In this document: positions 33,646 through 44,315 of the stretch, piece after piece
Layout of the letters: each line of letters begins with the position of its first letter
How positions within the stretch are numbered: position 1 is the first letter of the stretch
Origin: an uncultured Anaerolineaceae bacterium
GTDB lineage: Bacteria; Chloroflexota; Anaerolineae; Anaerolineales; UBA11579
Length of the DNA: 64,000 nucleotides
Assembly: GCA_964572455.1 (NCBI GenBank)
Contig: CAZNFL010000005.1
Span: forward strand, 219-64,218
Direction of reading: 5' to 3'
Position numbers and translations under genes: made by a program
Notes under the pieces: model-generated
The model's database searches: none
What the model was told of the DNA's origin: nothing
Seen by the model: only the letters and a program-made list of their open reading frames with translations

Positions 33646-34584
33646 TTAGGACATAAACACTTTACGCGGCTGCCACTCGTTGCCGTTCACTTCGATGACG
33701 GCCACCAGGTCGCCCTGTTCGCTCACGGCACGCGCCATGCCCTGGGCGCCTTCCTGGGCGGGAATGCGATGCCCATTGCGCACCTTCTCGAGCATCTCGG
33801 CGTCCAATTCAATGGCCGGCCAATCAGCCAGGGCTTCGGCAGCCGGGATGAGGAACTGCGCCCAGGTGCCGGTTTCGAAGGCCTCGCGTAAGCGGCGCAG
33901 GGAAACGGCGTCCCGCAGTGTAAAGCGGCCGCTGCGCGAACGACGCAGGCCCACCAGGTGCGCGCCGGTGCCCAACTTCTCGCCAATGTCGTTAGCCAGC
34001 GAACGAATGTAGGTGCCGGAGGAACAATGCACGTCCACCACCGCTTCGGGCGAAGCCCATTCAAGCAGTTCGAGGCTGTGCACATGAATGATGCGCGGAG
34101 CCAGTTTCACTTCTTCTCCACGGCGGGCCAGGTCGTAAGCGTGTTGACCCTGCACTTTGACCGCGGAATATGGCGGAGGAACCTGCTCGATATCGCCGAC
34201 GAATTGCTGCAACAATTCGGTAAATTGCTCCTTGGTCACGTCGACAGCAACCTCCGGCTCTTTGGAAACTCCTTCGGCGTCATAGGTGTCCGTGGAGGAG
34301 CCCAGACGAATGGTGGCCTGGTAGCGCTTGTCCTCGGCGGAAACGAACTCACTGAGGCGCACCGCGGGGCCGATGAGCACCACCAGCACGCCGGAGGCCC
34401 GCGGATCGAGAGTGCCGGTGTGGCCGGCGCGGCGGATGCCGGTGCCGCGGCGGATGATCTGGACCACATCGTGGGATGTGAGGCCCACGGGTTTATCCAC
34501 CACGATCACACCGGAGACCAGGTTTATTGCGTTTTGGTCCATATAGCCTCGGCTGTCGCCGGGGGAGTTATATTGATTCTGCAT
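33646..34584 (-). CDS. truB: tRNA pseudouridine(55) synthase
   Basis: VVDKPVGLTSHDVV...GHTGTLDP catalytic Asp motif. The start may be the internal Met at 34542. Confidence 0.9.
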   Translation of the reverse strand: MQNQYNSPGDSRGYMDQNAINLVSGVIVVDKPVGLTSHDVVQIIRRGTGIRRAGHTGTLDPRASGVLVVLIGPAVRLSEFVSAEDKRYQATIRLGSSTDTYDAEGVSKEPEVAVDVTKEQFTELLQQFVGDIEQVPPPYSAVKVQGQHAYDLARRGEEVKLAPRIIHVHSLELLEWASPEAVVDVHCSSGTYIRSLANDIGEKLGTGAHLVGLRRSRSGRFTLRDAVSLRRLREAFETGTWAQFLIPAAEALADWPAIELDAEMLEKVRNGHRIPAQEGAQGMARAVSEQGDLVAVIEVNGNEWQPRKVFMS

Positions 34585-34654
34585 CTACACTCCGTCCTTT
34601 TATTTGAATTCCTTTTAGGGTTGAATTTCTTTTTACCACAGTACGAATGCGCAA

Positions 34655-35617
34655 TTAAGCCGGCACTCCTTGCAAGGCCGCTCGAGTGGCCTGCAAGACG
34701 CGGGCTTGCACTTCTGCCAGGCTGCCATGCAGCACGGCGCCGGCGGCAGGCACGTGCCCCCCGCCGCCAAAGAGGCCGGCGATCTGGGAGACATCCACGT
34801 CCCCCTGGCTGCGCCAGCTGATCTTAACCTGGTTATCCACTTGTTCGATAAACAATACCACGACCGCAGCTCCCTCTACAAAAGAAATGTTATTGACCAG
34901 TTCAGCGTCATCGTTGGAGGTATAACCGGCCGCGAGGCGCTCGGCAAGGGAAAGGGAAGTCCACACCAGCTCGCCCTCGCGCTGAAGCTTGGACAGGCCG
35001 GCGCCCCAATAGCGCAGCGCCTCAAACGAACGGCGCAGGAGGGCGCGCTCGTAAAGAATGGGCAGATCGGCGCCTTTTTCAACCAGGTCGGCGGCAATGC
35101 GCAAGGCTTTGGGATTCATATTCGAGGTATGCAATCCTATCGTGTCGGTGAGGATGCCGGTAAGCAGCGCGTCCACAGTTGCGGATGAAAATGATAAGCC
35201 CAGCTCAGGAAAAGCCTCAGCCAACATGGCGCAAGCGGCCACCGAAGCGGGGTCGATAATATTTAAGACGCCGAAACGGGTATTGGTGACATGGTGGTCG
35301 ATATTGATATCCGCTTGCTGGAAACCGCTCAAAGCCCCACCCATCCGATCGGGGGTGGCCGCATCCACACTGACCACCAAGTCCACCGGAGGCGCGGCCT
35401 GGCGGACGATGTGCTCCGCGCCAGCCAGGTGCTCGTAGCCAGACGGAACCCCATCAGCCAGCACCATCTGCACGTGCTTGCCCTTCTCTTGGAGGGCCAG
35501 GCCCAGGGCCAGCACAGAGCATACGGCATCGCCATCCGGGCGGACATGCGAGACGATCAGGATGCGGTGTGCGCCATCCATGCGTTGGCGGGCTTGCTTC
35601 AATAATTCATTATCCAC
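34655..35617 (-). CDS. nrnA: DHH family phosphoesterase (NrnA-like oligoribonuclease/pAp phosphatase)
   Basis: DHH motifs HVRPDGDA and NIDHH. C-terminal DHHA1 GGGH. Confidence 0.8.
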   Translation of the reverse strand: MDNELLKQARQRMDGAHRILIVSHVRPDGDAVCSVLALGLALQEKGKHVQMVLADGVPSGYEHLAGAEHIVRQAAPPVDLVVSVDAATPDRMGGALSGFQQADINIDHHVTNTRFGVLNIIDPASVAACAMLAEAFPELGLSFSSATVDALLTGILTDTIGLHTSNMNPKALRIAADLVEKGADLPILYERALLRRSFEALRYWGAGLSKLQREGELVWTSLSLAERLAAGYTSNDDAELVNNISFVEGAAVVVLFIEQVDNQVKISWRSQGDVDVSQIAGLFGGGGHVPAAGAVLHGSLAEVQARVLQATRAALQGVPA

Positions 35618-35990
35618 TTTTGGATCCTTCGGTCTTGGTTTGGGTATCTTTATTAATGGAGGCGATCAGGCCTTCAATGCGTTCAGCGGACTCGGGGGTC
35701 GGGTCCCATTCGAAGCGCAGGCGCGGAAAGACGCGCAACTCGGTACGCCGGGCCAATTGAGTACGCAGGAAACCGGAGGCATGCTTCAGCCCTTCCAATA
35801 CTTCTCGGCTGCGTTCAGCGCCTTCCAAGGCAGACACGAAGATGGCGGCCTGGGCCAGCTCGCGGTCGACGCGCACATCGGTAACGAAGACGCCGCGCAA
35901 GCGCGGATCGGTCACCTCAAAGAGCAAAAGCTCGGAGAGCATTTCCTGGATGCCTTTAGCGATGCGGCTGGCGCGAGACTGAGAGACCAT
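35610..35990 (-). CDS. rbfA: ribosome-binding factor A
   Basis: 126 aa with an RbfA-like N-terminus RIAKGIQEMLSELL...DPRL, located downstream of infB. Confidence 0.85.
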   Translation of the reverse strand: MVSQSRASRIAKGIQEMLSELLLFEVTDPRLRGVFVTDVRVDRELAQAAIFVSALEGAERSREVLEGLKHASGFLRTQLARRTELRVFPRLRFEWDPTPESAERIEGLIASINKDTQTKTEGSKSG

Positions 35991-36035
35991 GTCAGGACCC
36001 CGATACGTTTAGTAAACGAAGCGGCTCCTACCCCC

Positions 36036-37856
36036 TTATTGAACGGCGACGAGCTCGCGGACGTAGCACTGGACAATGTCGCCGGGCTTGAAATCATCGA
36101 ATTCTTTGAGATTGATGCCGCATTCAAAGCCGGCGCGCGCTTCTTTCACATCATCCTTCCCCTGCTTGAGGGAGGTCAGCTCGCCATCAAAGATCAGCTT
36201 GCCATCGCGCAACACGCGCAGCATGGCGTTGCGGCGCAGTTCACCTTCGACCACGCGGCAGCCGGCGATCTTTCCATAGCGAGTGATCTTGAAGACCTGC
36301 AGCACCTCGGCTTTGCCCAAGACGCGTTCTTTCAGCTCGGGTTCCAACATGCCTTTGAGGGCTTTTTCGATGTCCTCGGTCATGCGGTAGATGATGTCGT
36401 AAAGGCGAATGGAGACGCCTTCGGTCTCTGCCTTGCGCAAGGCGGCACTATCGGCCTGGACATTGAAGCCCATGACGATGGCTTTGGAAGCCGCGGCCAA
36501 GGCGATGTCGCTCTCGCTGATATTGCCGGTGCCGGTGTGCAGGATGTGCACACCGATCTCGCCGACCTTGTCGCCAGCGCTGAGCTGCTCGAGCGAGGAA
36601 ACGATCGGCTCGAGGGAACCCTGCACATCGGCCTTAATGATCAGGCGCAGTTCGCGCACGTGGCCGGCCTGGAAGGCTTCGAACATAGTCTCCAAGGTCA
36701 ATGGCACAGCGCCGGTCTTTGCCAACTTTTCCTTTTCAGAGCGTTCGGCTACCAGGGAGCGCGCCTCGCGTTCGGATTCCACTACGCGGAACGGTTCACC
36801 GGCGGCAGGCACGTCATTGAGGCCGAGCACGGACACAGGCGTTGAGGGCCCGGCTTCGTCCAGCTTTTGGCCGGCGAAATCAAACATGGCGCGCAGGCGC
36901 CCATAGGCGCTGCCCACCACGACGATATCGCCCAGGTGCAGGGAGCCATTCTGTACCAGCAGAGTGGCGATCACCCCGCGAGACGGGTCGCGTTCTGATT
37001 CGATCACGGTGCCGATGACCTGGCCCTTTGGATTGGCCAAGATCTCGGTATTGTCGGCCACCAACAAAATAGCTTCCAATAGATCTTCCAGCCCGGTCTT
37101 TTGCTTGGCGGATACTGGCACGACGATGGTGTCTCCGTCCCAATCATCCGGCACGAGGCCGTTGTCGGCTAGCTGTTTCTTGACGCGCTCCGGATTGGCG
37201 TTGGGCTTATCGATCTTGGTGAGCGCCACGACGATGGACACGCGGGCGGCGCGGGCATGCGAAAGGGCTTCCTTGGTCTGGGGCATAACGCCATCATCGG
37301 CGGCCACCACCAGAATAACCAGGTCGGCGCCCTGGGCGCCGCGCGAGCGCATGGCGGTAAAGGCGGCATGGCCGGGGGTATCCAGGAAGGTGATGAGGCG
37401 ATCTTTATGGCGCGCCTGATAGGCGCCGATATGTTGGGTGATGCCGCCGGCCTCTTCGCTGACCACGGAAGTCTGGCGAATGGCATCCAGCAGGGTGGTC
37501 TTGCCATGGTCGACGTGGCCGAGGATGGTGACCACCGGCGGGCGTGTGACAAGGTTCTTCTTATCCTCGCTGGCGATCAGCTGGCGCCACAGGGGCACCT
37601 CACCGACGTCCTTGCTTTCAAGTTGGGCCATTTGCTGCAGGTTAGCTTCAAAGCCCATCTCGGAAGCCACAATGGCGGCGGTATCGAAATCGATCTGCTG
37701 GTTGATGTTGGCCATCACCCCGTTAGCCATCAGCGTTTTAATAATTTGGATGGGACTGGCTTCCAATAGAGCCGCTAACTCACGAACCGTGAGGTTGGCG
37801 GGAAGTTCAATTGTCTTGGTTTGTTTCTCGGTCACATTCTCGCTCATGGCCATCAT
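36036..37856 (-). CDS. infB: translation initiation factor IF-2
   Basis: G domain [21 protein letters not shown]-like TKID. Start taken at ATG 37856 after GGAGGGG, though 37853 and 37847 are also possible. Confidence 0.9.
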   Translation of the reverse strand: MMAMSENVTEKQTKTIELPANLTVRELAALLEASPIQIIKTLMANGVMANINQQIDFDTAAIVASEMGFEANLQQMAQLESKDVGEVPLWRQLIASEDKKNLVTRPPVVTILGHVDHGKTTLLDAIRQTSVVSEEAGGITQHIGAYQARHKDRLITFLDTPGHAAFTAMRSRGAQGADLVILVVAADDGVMPQTKEALSHARAARVSIVVALTKIDKPNANPERVKKQLADNGLVPDDWDGDTIVVPVSAKQKTGLEDLLEAILLVADNTEILANPKGQVIGTVIESERDPSRGVIATLLVQNGSLHLGDIVVVGSAYGRLRAMFDFAGQKLDEAGPSTPVSVLGLNDVPAAGEPFRVVESEREARSLVAERSEKEKLAKTGAVPLTLETMFEAFQAGHVRELRLIIKADVQGSLEPIVSSLEQLSAGDKVGEIGVHILHTGTGNISESDIALAAASKAIVMGFNVQADSAALRKAETEGVSIRLYDIIYRMTEDIEKALKGMLEPELKERVLGKAEVLQVFKITRYGKIAGCRVVEGELRRNAMLRVLRDGKLIFDGELTSLKQGKDDVKEARAGFECGINLKEFDDFKPGDIVQCYVRELVAVQ

Positions 37857-37962
37857 TCCTTTCTTCCCCTCCCCCGGTCTTGAAAGGCAGGTCCGAACGA
37901 CCGTGCTTTTCAAGCAAATCCCCTCATGAATTAACTATTTTACCAAGCTTCTCTGAGCAGAT

Positions 37963-38256
37963 TCAAGCCCTTTGTGCGCCAGGATCAAAAAACTCCCTCA
38001 GGCGCTTCAGGTCATCCTCGGTAAGGGTGGTGCGCAAGGCTGAGCCCAGCGGGCCGGCCAAGCCGGGTTGCCAGCATTCAGGTTGGTTGTGTAGATAAGC
38101 GCCGCGGCCGGGACGCTTGCCTTGCGGGTCCGGGAACACGCCTTGCGGCGTGCGCACCAGGCGCACCAGCGTGCCCTTAGCCTGCACCTGGCGACAGGCA
38201 ACGCAGGTGCGCTGGGGAACGTGCTTAACTCTGCGAAGAGCGGTTTTCTTGGCCAT
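37963..38256 (-). CDS. ylxR: YlxR/DUF448 family RNA-binding protein
   Basis: RTCVACR motif. Conserved position between nusA and infB. Confidence 0.8.
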   Translation of the reverse strand: MAKKTALRRVKHVPQRTCVACRQVQAKGTLVRLVRTPQGVFPDPQGKRPGRGAYLHNQPECWQPGLAGPLGSALRTTLTEDDLKRLREFFDPGAQRA

Positions 38257-38294
38257 GGCGCGCCACAATTTCCTGGGACGGTTGGGGTATCACC

Positions 38295-40193
38295 CTATTC
38301 CTGTTCCCACTCATCTTTGCGGCGACGCACGAAGGTTACGTCCTGTTCGGGATCGTATTCCAGTTCGCGGAATTTTTTCTTCTTGGCTTTCTTCTTTTTC
38401 TTTTCCTCGTCCGTCAGAGCGGGCTCGGCGTTAGCCGCTTTGGCAGCCTGGACGGCTTTAGCGCCCAGCAACTTCTCGGCGCTGCGGGCGAAGATCTCTT
38501 CGACGGAGGGCTGTTGGATCGGAGCCTCGGGCGCCGGGCCGCCTTCCAGTTGGGCGAGCAGATGGGCGTCTTCTTCCGAGAGCTCCACGGGCTTCTCTTC
38601 GGCGGCGGTCTCAAGCTCGGCAACTTCCTCTGCTTCGGCTTCGGCTTCAACATCGGGAGCAGATTGCACAACGGCCGGTTCGGGCTTGGCCACTTCCGGG
38701 AACTTGAAGTTGTCCAAAGCCTGTTGGATGGTATCGATGGCTTTAGGCCCGACTCCGCTGATCGCCAGGATGCGCTCAGGATCTGATTTCAATTGCAGCA
38801 TCAGGTCGCCAATGGTGGAGTAACCCTCGCCGCTGATCTTCATGCTGAGACTGGGCGAGAGACCCAGCTCTTCCAATGGGATGGTGAAGGCGCCCTTGGG
38901 CAAAGTGGCTTCGAGAGCGGAGCGCTGTTCAAGCTGGGCATCCAACTCGGCCTCGCGGCGGAATTGGGCGCCGCGCTCGACGCGGTCGACGAAACGGCCG
39001 AGCACGGTGTACTCTTCCGGGGTGATCGGGCGGCCTTCGGCCTTCTTAGCCAACACGGCCTCGACCTGCGGCAGGAATTCCACCAGATCGGCATTTTGTT
39101 CCAAGAACTGCGCGTCGGTCTGCGCTTTGTGCAGCGCGTCGCCGGCAGCCTCGCTGAGGCTCTTGATATCGATGCGCCAGGAGGTGAGCTTGGCGGCCAG
39201 GCGGGCGTTCTGCCCATCGCGGCCGATGGCCAGGCTAAGCTGGTCTTCGGGGACGACCACGGTGGCGGTCTTGCTGCCGCCAGAATCTTCTTCCAGATAG
39301 ACGCCGGTCACGCGGGCTGGGCTGAGGGCCTTGGCAATGAACTGGGCCGGGTCGGGGTTCCATTCGATCACGTCGATCTTTTCATCATGCAACTCGCGCA
39401 CAATGGCTTGAATGCGCACGCCGCGGATGCCCACGCAAGCGCCGACGGGGTCAATGCCGGCCTGCAAAGCGGCCACAGCCACTTTGGAGCGGTATCCGGG
39501 CTCGCGGGCGATAGAGCGGATCTCCACCAAGCCCTGATAAATTTCGGGAACTTCATCTTCGAGCAGGCGGCGCAGGAAATCGCGATTGCCGCGCGAAAGG
39601 ATGATCTCGGGCCCGCGAGTGGTGTCTTTGACTTCCAGCAACAGGGCGCGCACGCGGTCGTGGACGCGGAAGCGCTCGCCGGGAATCTGCTGGCTGCGCG
39701 GCATCTTGCCCTCGGCCTTGCGATCCAAGGCCAGGGTGATCATGTGCGGATTGGAAGCCTGGACAATGCCGTTGACGATCTCGCCAACCAGCTGGGAGAA
39801 AAATGCTTTCTGGGCTTCGCGTTCCGCCTCGCGAATGCGCTGCTGGATCATCTGGCGGGCGGTTTGGGCGGCTACGCGACCAAAATTATCAGGCGTGCTC
39901 TCGACGATGACGATATCGCCAAGGTTGGCTTTGGGATCCACTTTGCGGGCCGCCTCCAAGGTCACTTCGGTGCGATCGTCCTGCACTTCTTCCGCGACCT
40001 CTTTTTCGGCAAAGATATGCACCTCACCGGTCTGCTCGTCGATCTGCGCGTCAATGAACTGCGCCTGGGAGGCGTTGAGAGTCTTGCGATAAGCCTGGAC
40101 CAGGGCATCCTTGACGGCTTGCAAGATCACCTCGCGGGGTAACTGCTTGTCGTCGAGGACTTCGTTGAATGCCAGGGAAAATTCTTTTTTCAT
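38295..40193 (-). CDS. nusA: transcription termination/antitermination factor NusA (long form with acidic/lysine-rich tail)
   Basis: N-terminal, S1 and KH domains recognisable. A C-terminal HhH region, plus an extra tail ending [21 protein letters not shown]. Confidence 0.9.
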   Translation of the reverse strand: MKKEFSLAFNEVLDDKQLPREVILQAVKDALVQAYRKTLNASQAQFIDAQIDEQTGEVHIFAEKEVAEEVQDDRTEVTLEAARKVDPKANLGDIVIVESTPDNFGRVAAQTARQMIQQRIREAEREAQKAFFSQLVGEIVNGIVQASNPHMITLALDRKAEGKMPRSQQIPGERFRVHDRVRALLLEVKDTTRGPEIILSRGNRDFLRRLLEDEVPEIYQGLVEIRSIAREPGYRSKVAVAALQAGIDPVGACVGIRGVRIQAIVRELHDEKIDVIEWNPDPAQFIAKALSPARVTGVYLEEDSGGSKTATVVVPEDQLSLAIGRDGQNARLAAKLTSWRIDIKSLSEAAGDALHKAQTDAQFLEQNADLVEFLPQVEAVLAKKAEGRPITPEEYTVLGRFVDRVERGAQFRREAELDAQLEQRSALEATLPKGAFTIPLEELGLSPSLSMKISGEGYSTIGDLMLQLKSDPERILAISGVGPKAIDTIQQALDNFKFPEVAKPEPAVVQSAPDVEAEAEAEEVAELETAAEEKPVELSEEDAHLLAQLEGGPAPEAPIQQPSVEEIFARSAEKLLGAKAVQAAKAANAEPALTDEEKKKKKAKKKKFRELEYDPEQDVTFVRRRKDEWEQE

Positions 40194-40230
40194 TGCTGCG
40201 ATACTCCTTGCGTGCCAGGCTATGGTCTAA

Positions 40231-40260
40231 CTAACAAGAAAAGTGGGGGTTGCCCACTTT
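40231..40260 (-). terminator. intrinsic terminator / possible nusA leader attenuator
   Basis: Minus strand: AAAGUGGG-CAACC-CCCACUUU, followed by UCUUGUU. Lies 40-70 nt upstream of the nusA ATG. Confidence 0.5.
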
Positions 40261-40332
40261 CCGGTAAAGCTAACTATGGGTACTACTGAACGGCCAAATT
40301 GTAGCACCTGACGGGCGGAATGGCAAGTGGTT

Positions 40333-40388
40333 GCGTTGCTGCGCAACGCGTTGGAGAGCTACCCGGCTGCGCCGAATAACGCTTCTCC
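40333..40388 (+). repeat. repeat family 2 copy (more diverged)
   Basis: GCGTTGCTGCGCAACGCGTTGGAGAGCTACCCGGCTGCGCCGAATAACGCTTCTCC. Confidence 0.8.
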
Positions 40389-40421
40389 AGCCTTATTTTT
40401 ATGCTCCAAGTGGCGAATACC

Positions 40422-40976
40422 CTAACCGCGTTCATCCGCGGTGAGCAGTTTGCCCATGCGCCAGCCGGGTTCGACCACACGACGGACGAGGCCTTCATGG
40501 TCTTCGTAGGCCCACTCACCCATAACCCGGGCAATGCGATGATAACCCCAACGTTCATAAAAGCGGATGGCGGGCTGGTTCTCCCGGGCCACATGCAACG
40601 AAACCCAATGGAAACCGCGCTGACCCAGATCGGTTTCAGCCCATTGGATCAGGCAGCTGCCCAGGCCGCCGCGGCGAAATTCGGGGCGCACACGGAAGGA
40701 ATGGATGAAGGCGCGTTGGCGGCCATCGGCCATGTCCAAGTCCATATCGCTGTTGAGCAGCACGAAGAGCTGGCCGAGCAGCTGGCCCGGGGCGCCCTCG
40801 GCGACCCACAGTAGAGCCTGGCCGCGACTGGCGAGCTCGAAAGCCCTGGCGTACACGCGGCGGAAATGGGTGAATTCGCCCTCCCACTCCAGGGCGGGCA
40901 GATCATTCTCCGAGACCTGGCGGATCCTGGCCTCCGCCAGCCAGGCGGCCGGGGCAGAAAGATCAGCGACGCTCAT
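40422..40976 (-). CDS. GNAT family N-acetyltransferase
   Basis: Acetyl-CoA binding motif RVRPEFRRGGLGSCLIQWAE. Confidence 0.8.
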   Translation of the reverse strand: MSVADLSAPAAWLAEARIRQVSENDLPALEWEGEFTHFRRVYARAFELASRGQALLWVAEGAPGQLLGQLFVLLNSDMDLDMADGRQRAFIHSFRVRPEFRRGGLGSCLIQWAETDLGQRGFHWVSLHVARENQPAIRFYERWGYHRIARVMGEWAYEDHEGLVRRVVEPGWRMGKLLTADERG

Positions 40977-42288
40977 TGATCAATTTTTCCAATAAGGCGG
41001 ACTCTTGTTTGGCTGTGCGCACTTTGCCATCCAGGCGCGCAGCGCGCAATTGGCTCAGGATCTGCTTGTAGGCCGGGCCGGGACGCAGCCCTTTTTTGCG
41101 CAGGGTATTGCCATCAGCATGCGGTTGGATATGGCGCCAGAGCTTGGCATAGTTTTGCAAGACCTTGGCTAGCGGTTTCCCTTTGTACTCTAAGAATAGA
41201 GCGTAGATGGCAAGAATTGGTTCTTTTTCCAAGCGGGCCACTAGGCGGCTGGGCGGCAAGGGGCGTAAGTTCTTAGATTCCGCCAAGAGGCGCGGGGCGG
41301 CCACAACTGCGGAATGCAAATCGGCGGTAAAGCGCAGGCGTGTGGTGATGCGATCTACAACCTTGGGCGGCAAATGTAAGAACCACGACACAAAACTAAG
41401 ATTTGCCGCCGAACTCTCTGTCAAGCTCCATATCTTGGGAGGTGGCTTATTATCTGCTTTAGCTAATAAGGCCGCGGCCTTTGGAGGAAAACGGAACTGC
41501 TTGTCGATCTGTGAAAGCACGCCAAAGAATTGCAAGGCCTGCAGGATCTCAACCCGTTGTTGTTCGGCCAAAACTAGTTCCAGTTCGTTGCGAAGGCGGT
41601 CACCGGAGAGCAGTTTTAGTTTTGGTAGCGCACTCTGCAGCTGGCGCAGGGTTCTGGTTTCGATGCGAAAGTCCAAGCGGCGCGCATAGCGCAGGGCGCG
41701 GAAAATACGGGTAGGGTCATCGACGAACGAAAGCGGATGCAAAGTGCGAATCAAGCGCGAGTTCAGATCACGCAGACCACCCCAAGGATCCAAAACCCGG
41801 CCGGACTGCAGGCCATTAAGAGCCAAGGCCAGGGTATTAATGGTGAAATCACGGCGGAATTGATCTGCGGTTATCTCGGCGCGCATCACTTGCGGCAGCG
41901 CGGCGGGCTGCGCATAGATCTCGCGGCGGGCGGAGATCAGGTCGATGAAAGCCAAATGGCGGCCCAGCGGTTTCCGCAGCGTGGGCAGCCACCAACCTGC
42001 GGTGCCGAAAGCTTTGTGCGGCACCAGCCGGCCGCCAAAAAGCTGTGCAAGCCTGCGGCCGAAGCGGATGGCGTCCCCTTCCACCACCAGGTCCAGATCC
42101 AGGCTGGGCTGCCCAAGCAACAGATCGCGCACAAAGCCGCCCACCAGGTAAATGGGAAGGCTCTGTTTTTCAGCTTCTTTGATGATCTTGTGCAGAAGAA
42201 GACGGCTTTTGGGGGAAAGCGCTTTCTCAAGAACAGAATCGAGGCTGGGCAGCACCCTGCCCTCGATATCGAGATTTATGCGCGCCAT
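40963..42288 (-). CDS. cca: CCA-adding enzyme / poly(A) polymerase family tRNA nucleotidyltransferase
   Basis: Head domain LVGGFVRDLLLG...DLDLVVEG, then RDFTINTLA. Confidence 0.8.
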   Translation of the reverse strand: MARINLDIEGRVLPSLDSVLEKALSPKSRLLLHKIIKEAEKQSLPIYLVGGFVRDLLLGQPSLDLDLVVEGDAIRFGRRLAQLFGGRLVPHKAFGTAGWWLPTLRKPLGRHLAFIDLISARREIYAQPAALPQVMRAEITADQFRRDFTINTLALALNGLQSGRVLDPWGGLRDLNSRLIRTLHPLSFVDDPTRIFRALRYARRLDFRIETRTLRQLQSALPKLKLLSGDRLRNELELVLAEQQRVEILQALQFFGVLSQIDKQFRFPPKAAALLAKADNKPPPKIWSLTESSAANLSFVSWFLHLPPKVVDRITTRLRFTADLHSAVVAAPRLLAESKNLRPLPPSRLVARLEKEPILAIYALFLEYKGKPLAKVLQNYAKLWRHIQPHADGNTLRKKGLRPGPAYKQILSQLRAARLDGKVRTAKQESALLEKLINERR

Positions 42289-42380
42289 ATCTAATGATAG
42301 CGTAAGAGCGAAAACTCAAAAAGTGATATAGGGAAGGGGTTTAGTGGGCTCGCTTCCTGAGGCTTGATCGTGTTCCTTTG

Positions 42381-44279
42381 CTAACCTTCATCATCTCGAT
42401 CAATATTCAATAAGAAGCGAAAGGCCACCCGCCCGATGTGCAGCAGGTCGCCGTCGCGCAGCTGGCTGCCCTCGGCCGAGACGGGGGCGTAGTTGACCCA
42501 GGTGCCCGCCTCGGAGCCCAAGTCGGCCACCCGGTAGCTGCCATCCTCCAGGCGGTGGAGCCGAGCGTGTTCGGCGGCTACGGATTCTTCTTGCAGGCGG
42601 ACCTCACAACCACGCTGCGAGCCGATCACAAATTCATCGCCGAACAATGGAATAAGCTCCGCCGCCTGCAAGGTATCCTGCATGCTCAAGCGCTGCAAGA
42701 CGGCAGGCGACAGTTTGGCGGCTGCGGAGCCCGGCGCTGAAGCCATGCTTTCCAGGGGCGGCAACCCTTGCTCTAGCGATAAGGGTGAATCGACCAAAGG
42801 ATCATTTGGAACGGCGACCTGCCGATCAGACCTACGCCTGCGCCGCTCCCCGCGGCTGGCCGGCTTAAGGCGGCCAGACAAGAGCATGACTAGGAACAGA
42901 GCCGCGGCGGCGAAGAGAACGCCGAAAATCGCCAACAGGGGGCCGCTGCGGGCGAGCAAGGTTTCGTACCAGTTCAAGGGATTTTCCACGAGGATCTGCA
43001 CTGGGAAGTCAATGCTTGAACCTTCCAGGCCCAGCTCGTCCTCCGCCTCCACGCGCAAGTTGACTTGCTGGCTGACGGTGTACTCAGCCAAGCTCCAAGT
43101 GAAGCGCGTAAAGGGAGCTGCGCGGTTCTCGGCGACCTGCACATCGTTCACAAACAACGCGGTGCGCACCAGGTTGCGGTCAAAATTGTCGGGGAATTCC
43201 ACCAGGATCTCGATGGGTTGGCTGAATGGCGCCAACTGCTGCGGGTCTTCCTCGGAAGGACCGCGTCTGATCTGTGATGGAGGCGAAACCAGCATGGGGT
43301 TGGGCGGCTGGATGTCCAGATCAAAACTGAGGGCTTGCGAAGTAACCGCGGCGCCCTCGCTCACCATTTGTAGCTGGACCTGATGGGTCCCGGCGGTATG
43401 CAGCTGCGAGCTGTATTGGAAAAAATAGGCGTTGCGAAATGGAGAGAAATAATCTTCAGGGCTGGGGAAAGGCTGGCCGCCCGAGAAACCAAACCACTGG
43501 CCGCCGCTTGCCTTGGCCAACGTGCGCAATGAAACTGCTGCCGGAGATTCAAAGGTGGAGGGAGAGTCCACCTGCCAGACGAACAGTGGGATGTCGCGTT
43601 CAGCCAAGACAGCCTGCCAATCGGCAGCGGCCGCCACAGTGTCAGCGCCGGGGGTGGCAGTTACCCACCAGATAGCTGTGCCCTGGCCAGGCTCCTCGCT
43701 GGGCTGAGCAGCCAGCTCGAGGGCCTGCTGGAAGGACTGGGCAGTCACCTGCAAGCTGCCGAAATCAGGCTGAACGGAATCGAACGTACTTATCCACTCA
43801 ATCGGGGAAGCTCTCTGCACTAATGCGCCTTGCGGCGTTATCAGGCTAAGCGGAGTTACATTGTCGGCGCGCAAGGCACGCGCCCAGGCAAGGATGGGCT
43901 CTTTGACATAGTCGAAGCGCGTCGTGGCCTCAGAATCGCGGATGGAGAAAGGTTCGGCCGGATTAAGCACCAAGATAATGTGCAAGCCAGGTTCCACCGG
44001 GCGCAGTTGGGAGACCGGTTGGGCTATGCCGTCTTCCAGGGCTTGCAGGTCTTCGGCCTGCAGGTCAACGATGGGCGCGCCAGTGGCGTCACGGGCGGCC
44101 AGGTAGCCGGCAATAATAGGGAAAGCCTCGGTTTCCAAATGGCGCAGGGTGAGGGCAGCCCCCGTTTGCGCGGCCGCCAGTTGTGGGAGAACCAAGGCGG
44201 CAATGGCCAGGGCCGTCGCAAGGATAATTCGCTTCAACGGCGCGATTTTAGCATACAGGAATTCTTCCACGCGACGCAC
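42381..44279 (-). CDS. FHA domain-containing membrane protein
   Basis: N-terminal signal/TM, large extracytoplasmic region, a central TM (LLAIFGVLFAAAALFLVMLL), and a C-terminal FHA domain (FVIGSQRGCEVRL...GTWVNY...GDLLHIG). Confidence 0.7.
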   Translation of the reverse strand: MRRVEEFLYAKIAPLKRIILATALAIAALVLPQLAAAQTGAALTLRHLETEAFPIIAGYLAARDATGAPIVDLQAEDLQALEDGIAQPVSQLRPVEPGLHIILVLNPAEPFSIRDSEATTRFDYVKEPILAWARALRADNVTPLSLITPQGALVQRASPIEWISTFDSVQPDFGSLQVTAQSFQQALELAAQPSEEPGQGTAIWWVTATPGADTVAAAADWQAVLAERDIPLFVWQVDSPSTFESPAAVSLRTLAKASGGQWFGFSGGQPFPSPEDYFSPFRNAYFFQYSSQLHTAGTHQVQLQMVSEGAAVTSQALSFDLDIQPPNPMLVSPPSQIRRGPSEEDPQQLAPFSQPIEILVEFPDNFDRNLVRTALFVNDVQVAENRAAPFTRFTWSLAEYTVSQQVNLRVEAEDELGLEGSSIDFPVQILVENPLNWYETLLARSGPLLAIFGVLFAAAALFLVMLLSGRLKPASRGERRRRRSDRQVAVPNDPLVDSPLSLEQGLPPLESMASAPGSAAAKLSPAVLQRLSMQDTLQAAELIPLFGDEFVIGSQRGCEVRLQEESVAAEHARLHRLEDGSYRVADLGSEAGTWVNYAPVSAEGSQLRDGDLLHIGRVAFRFLLNIDRDDEG

Positions 44280-44315
44280 AGCATCGCAAGGTAAGATGGC
44301 CTAGAATTATCCGAC

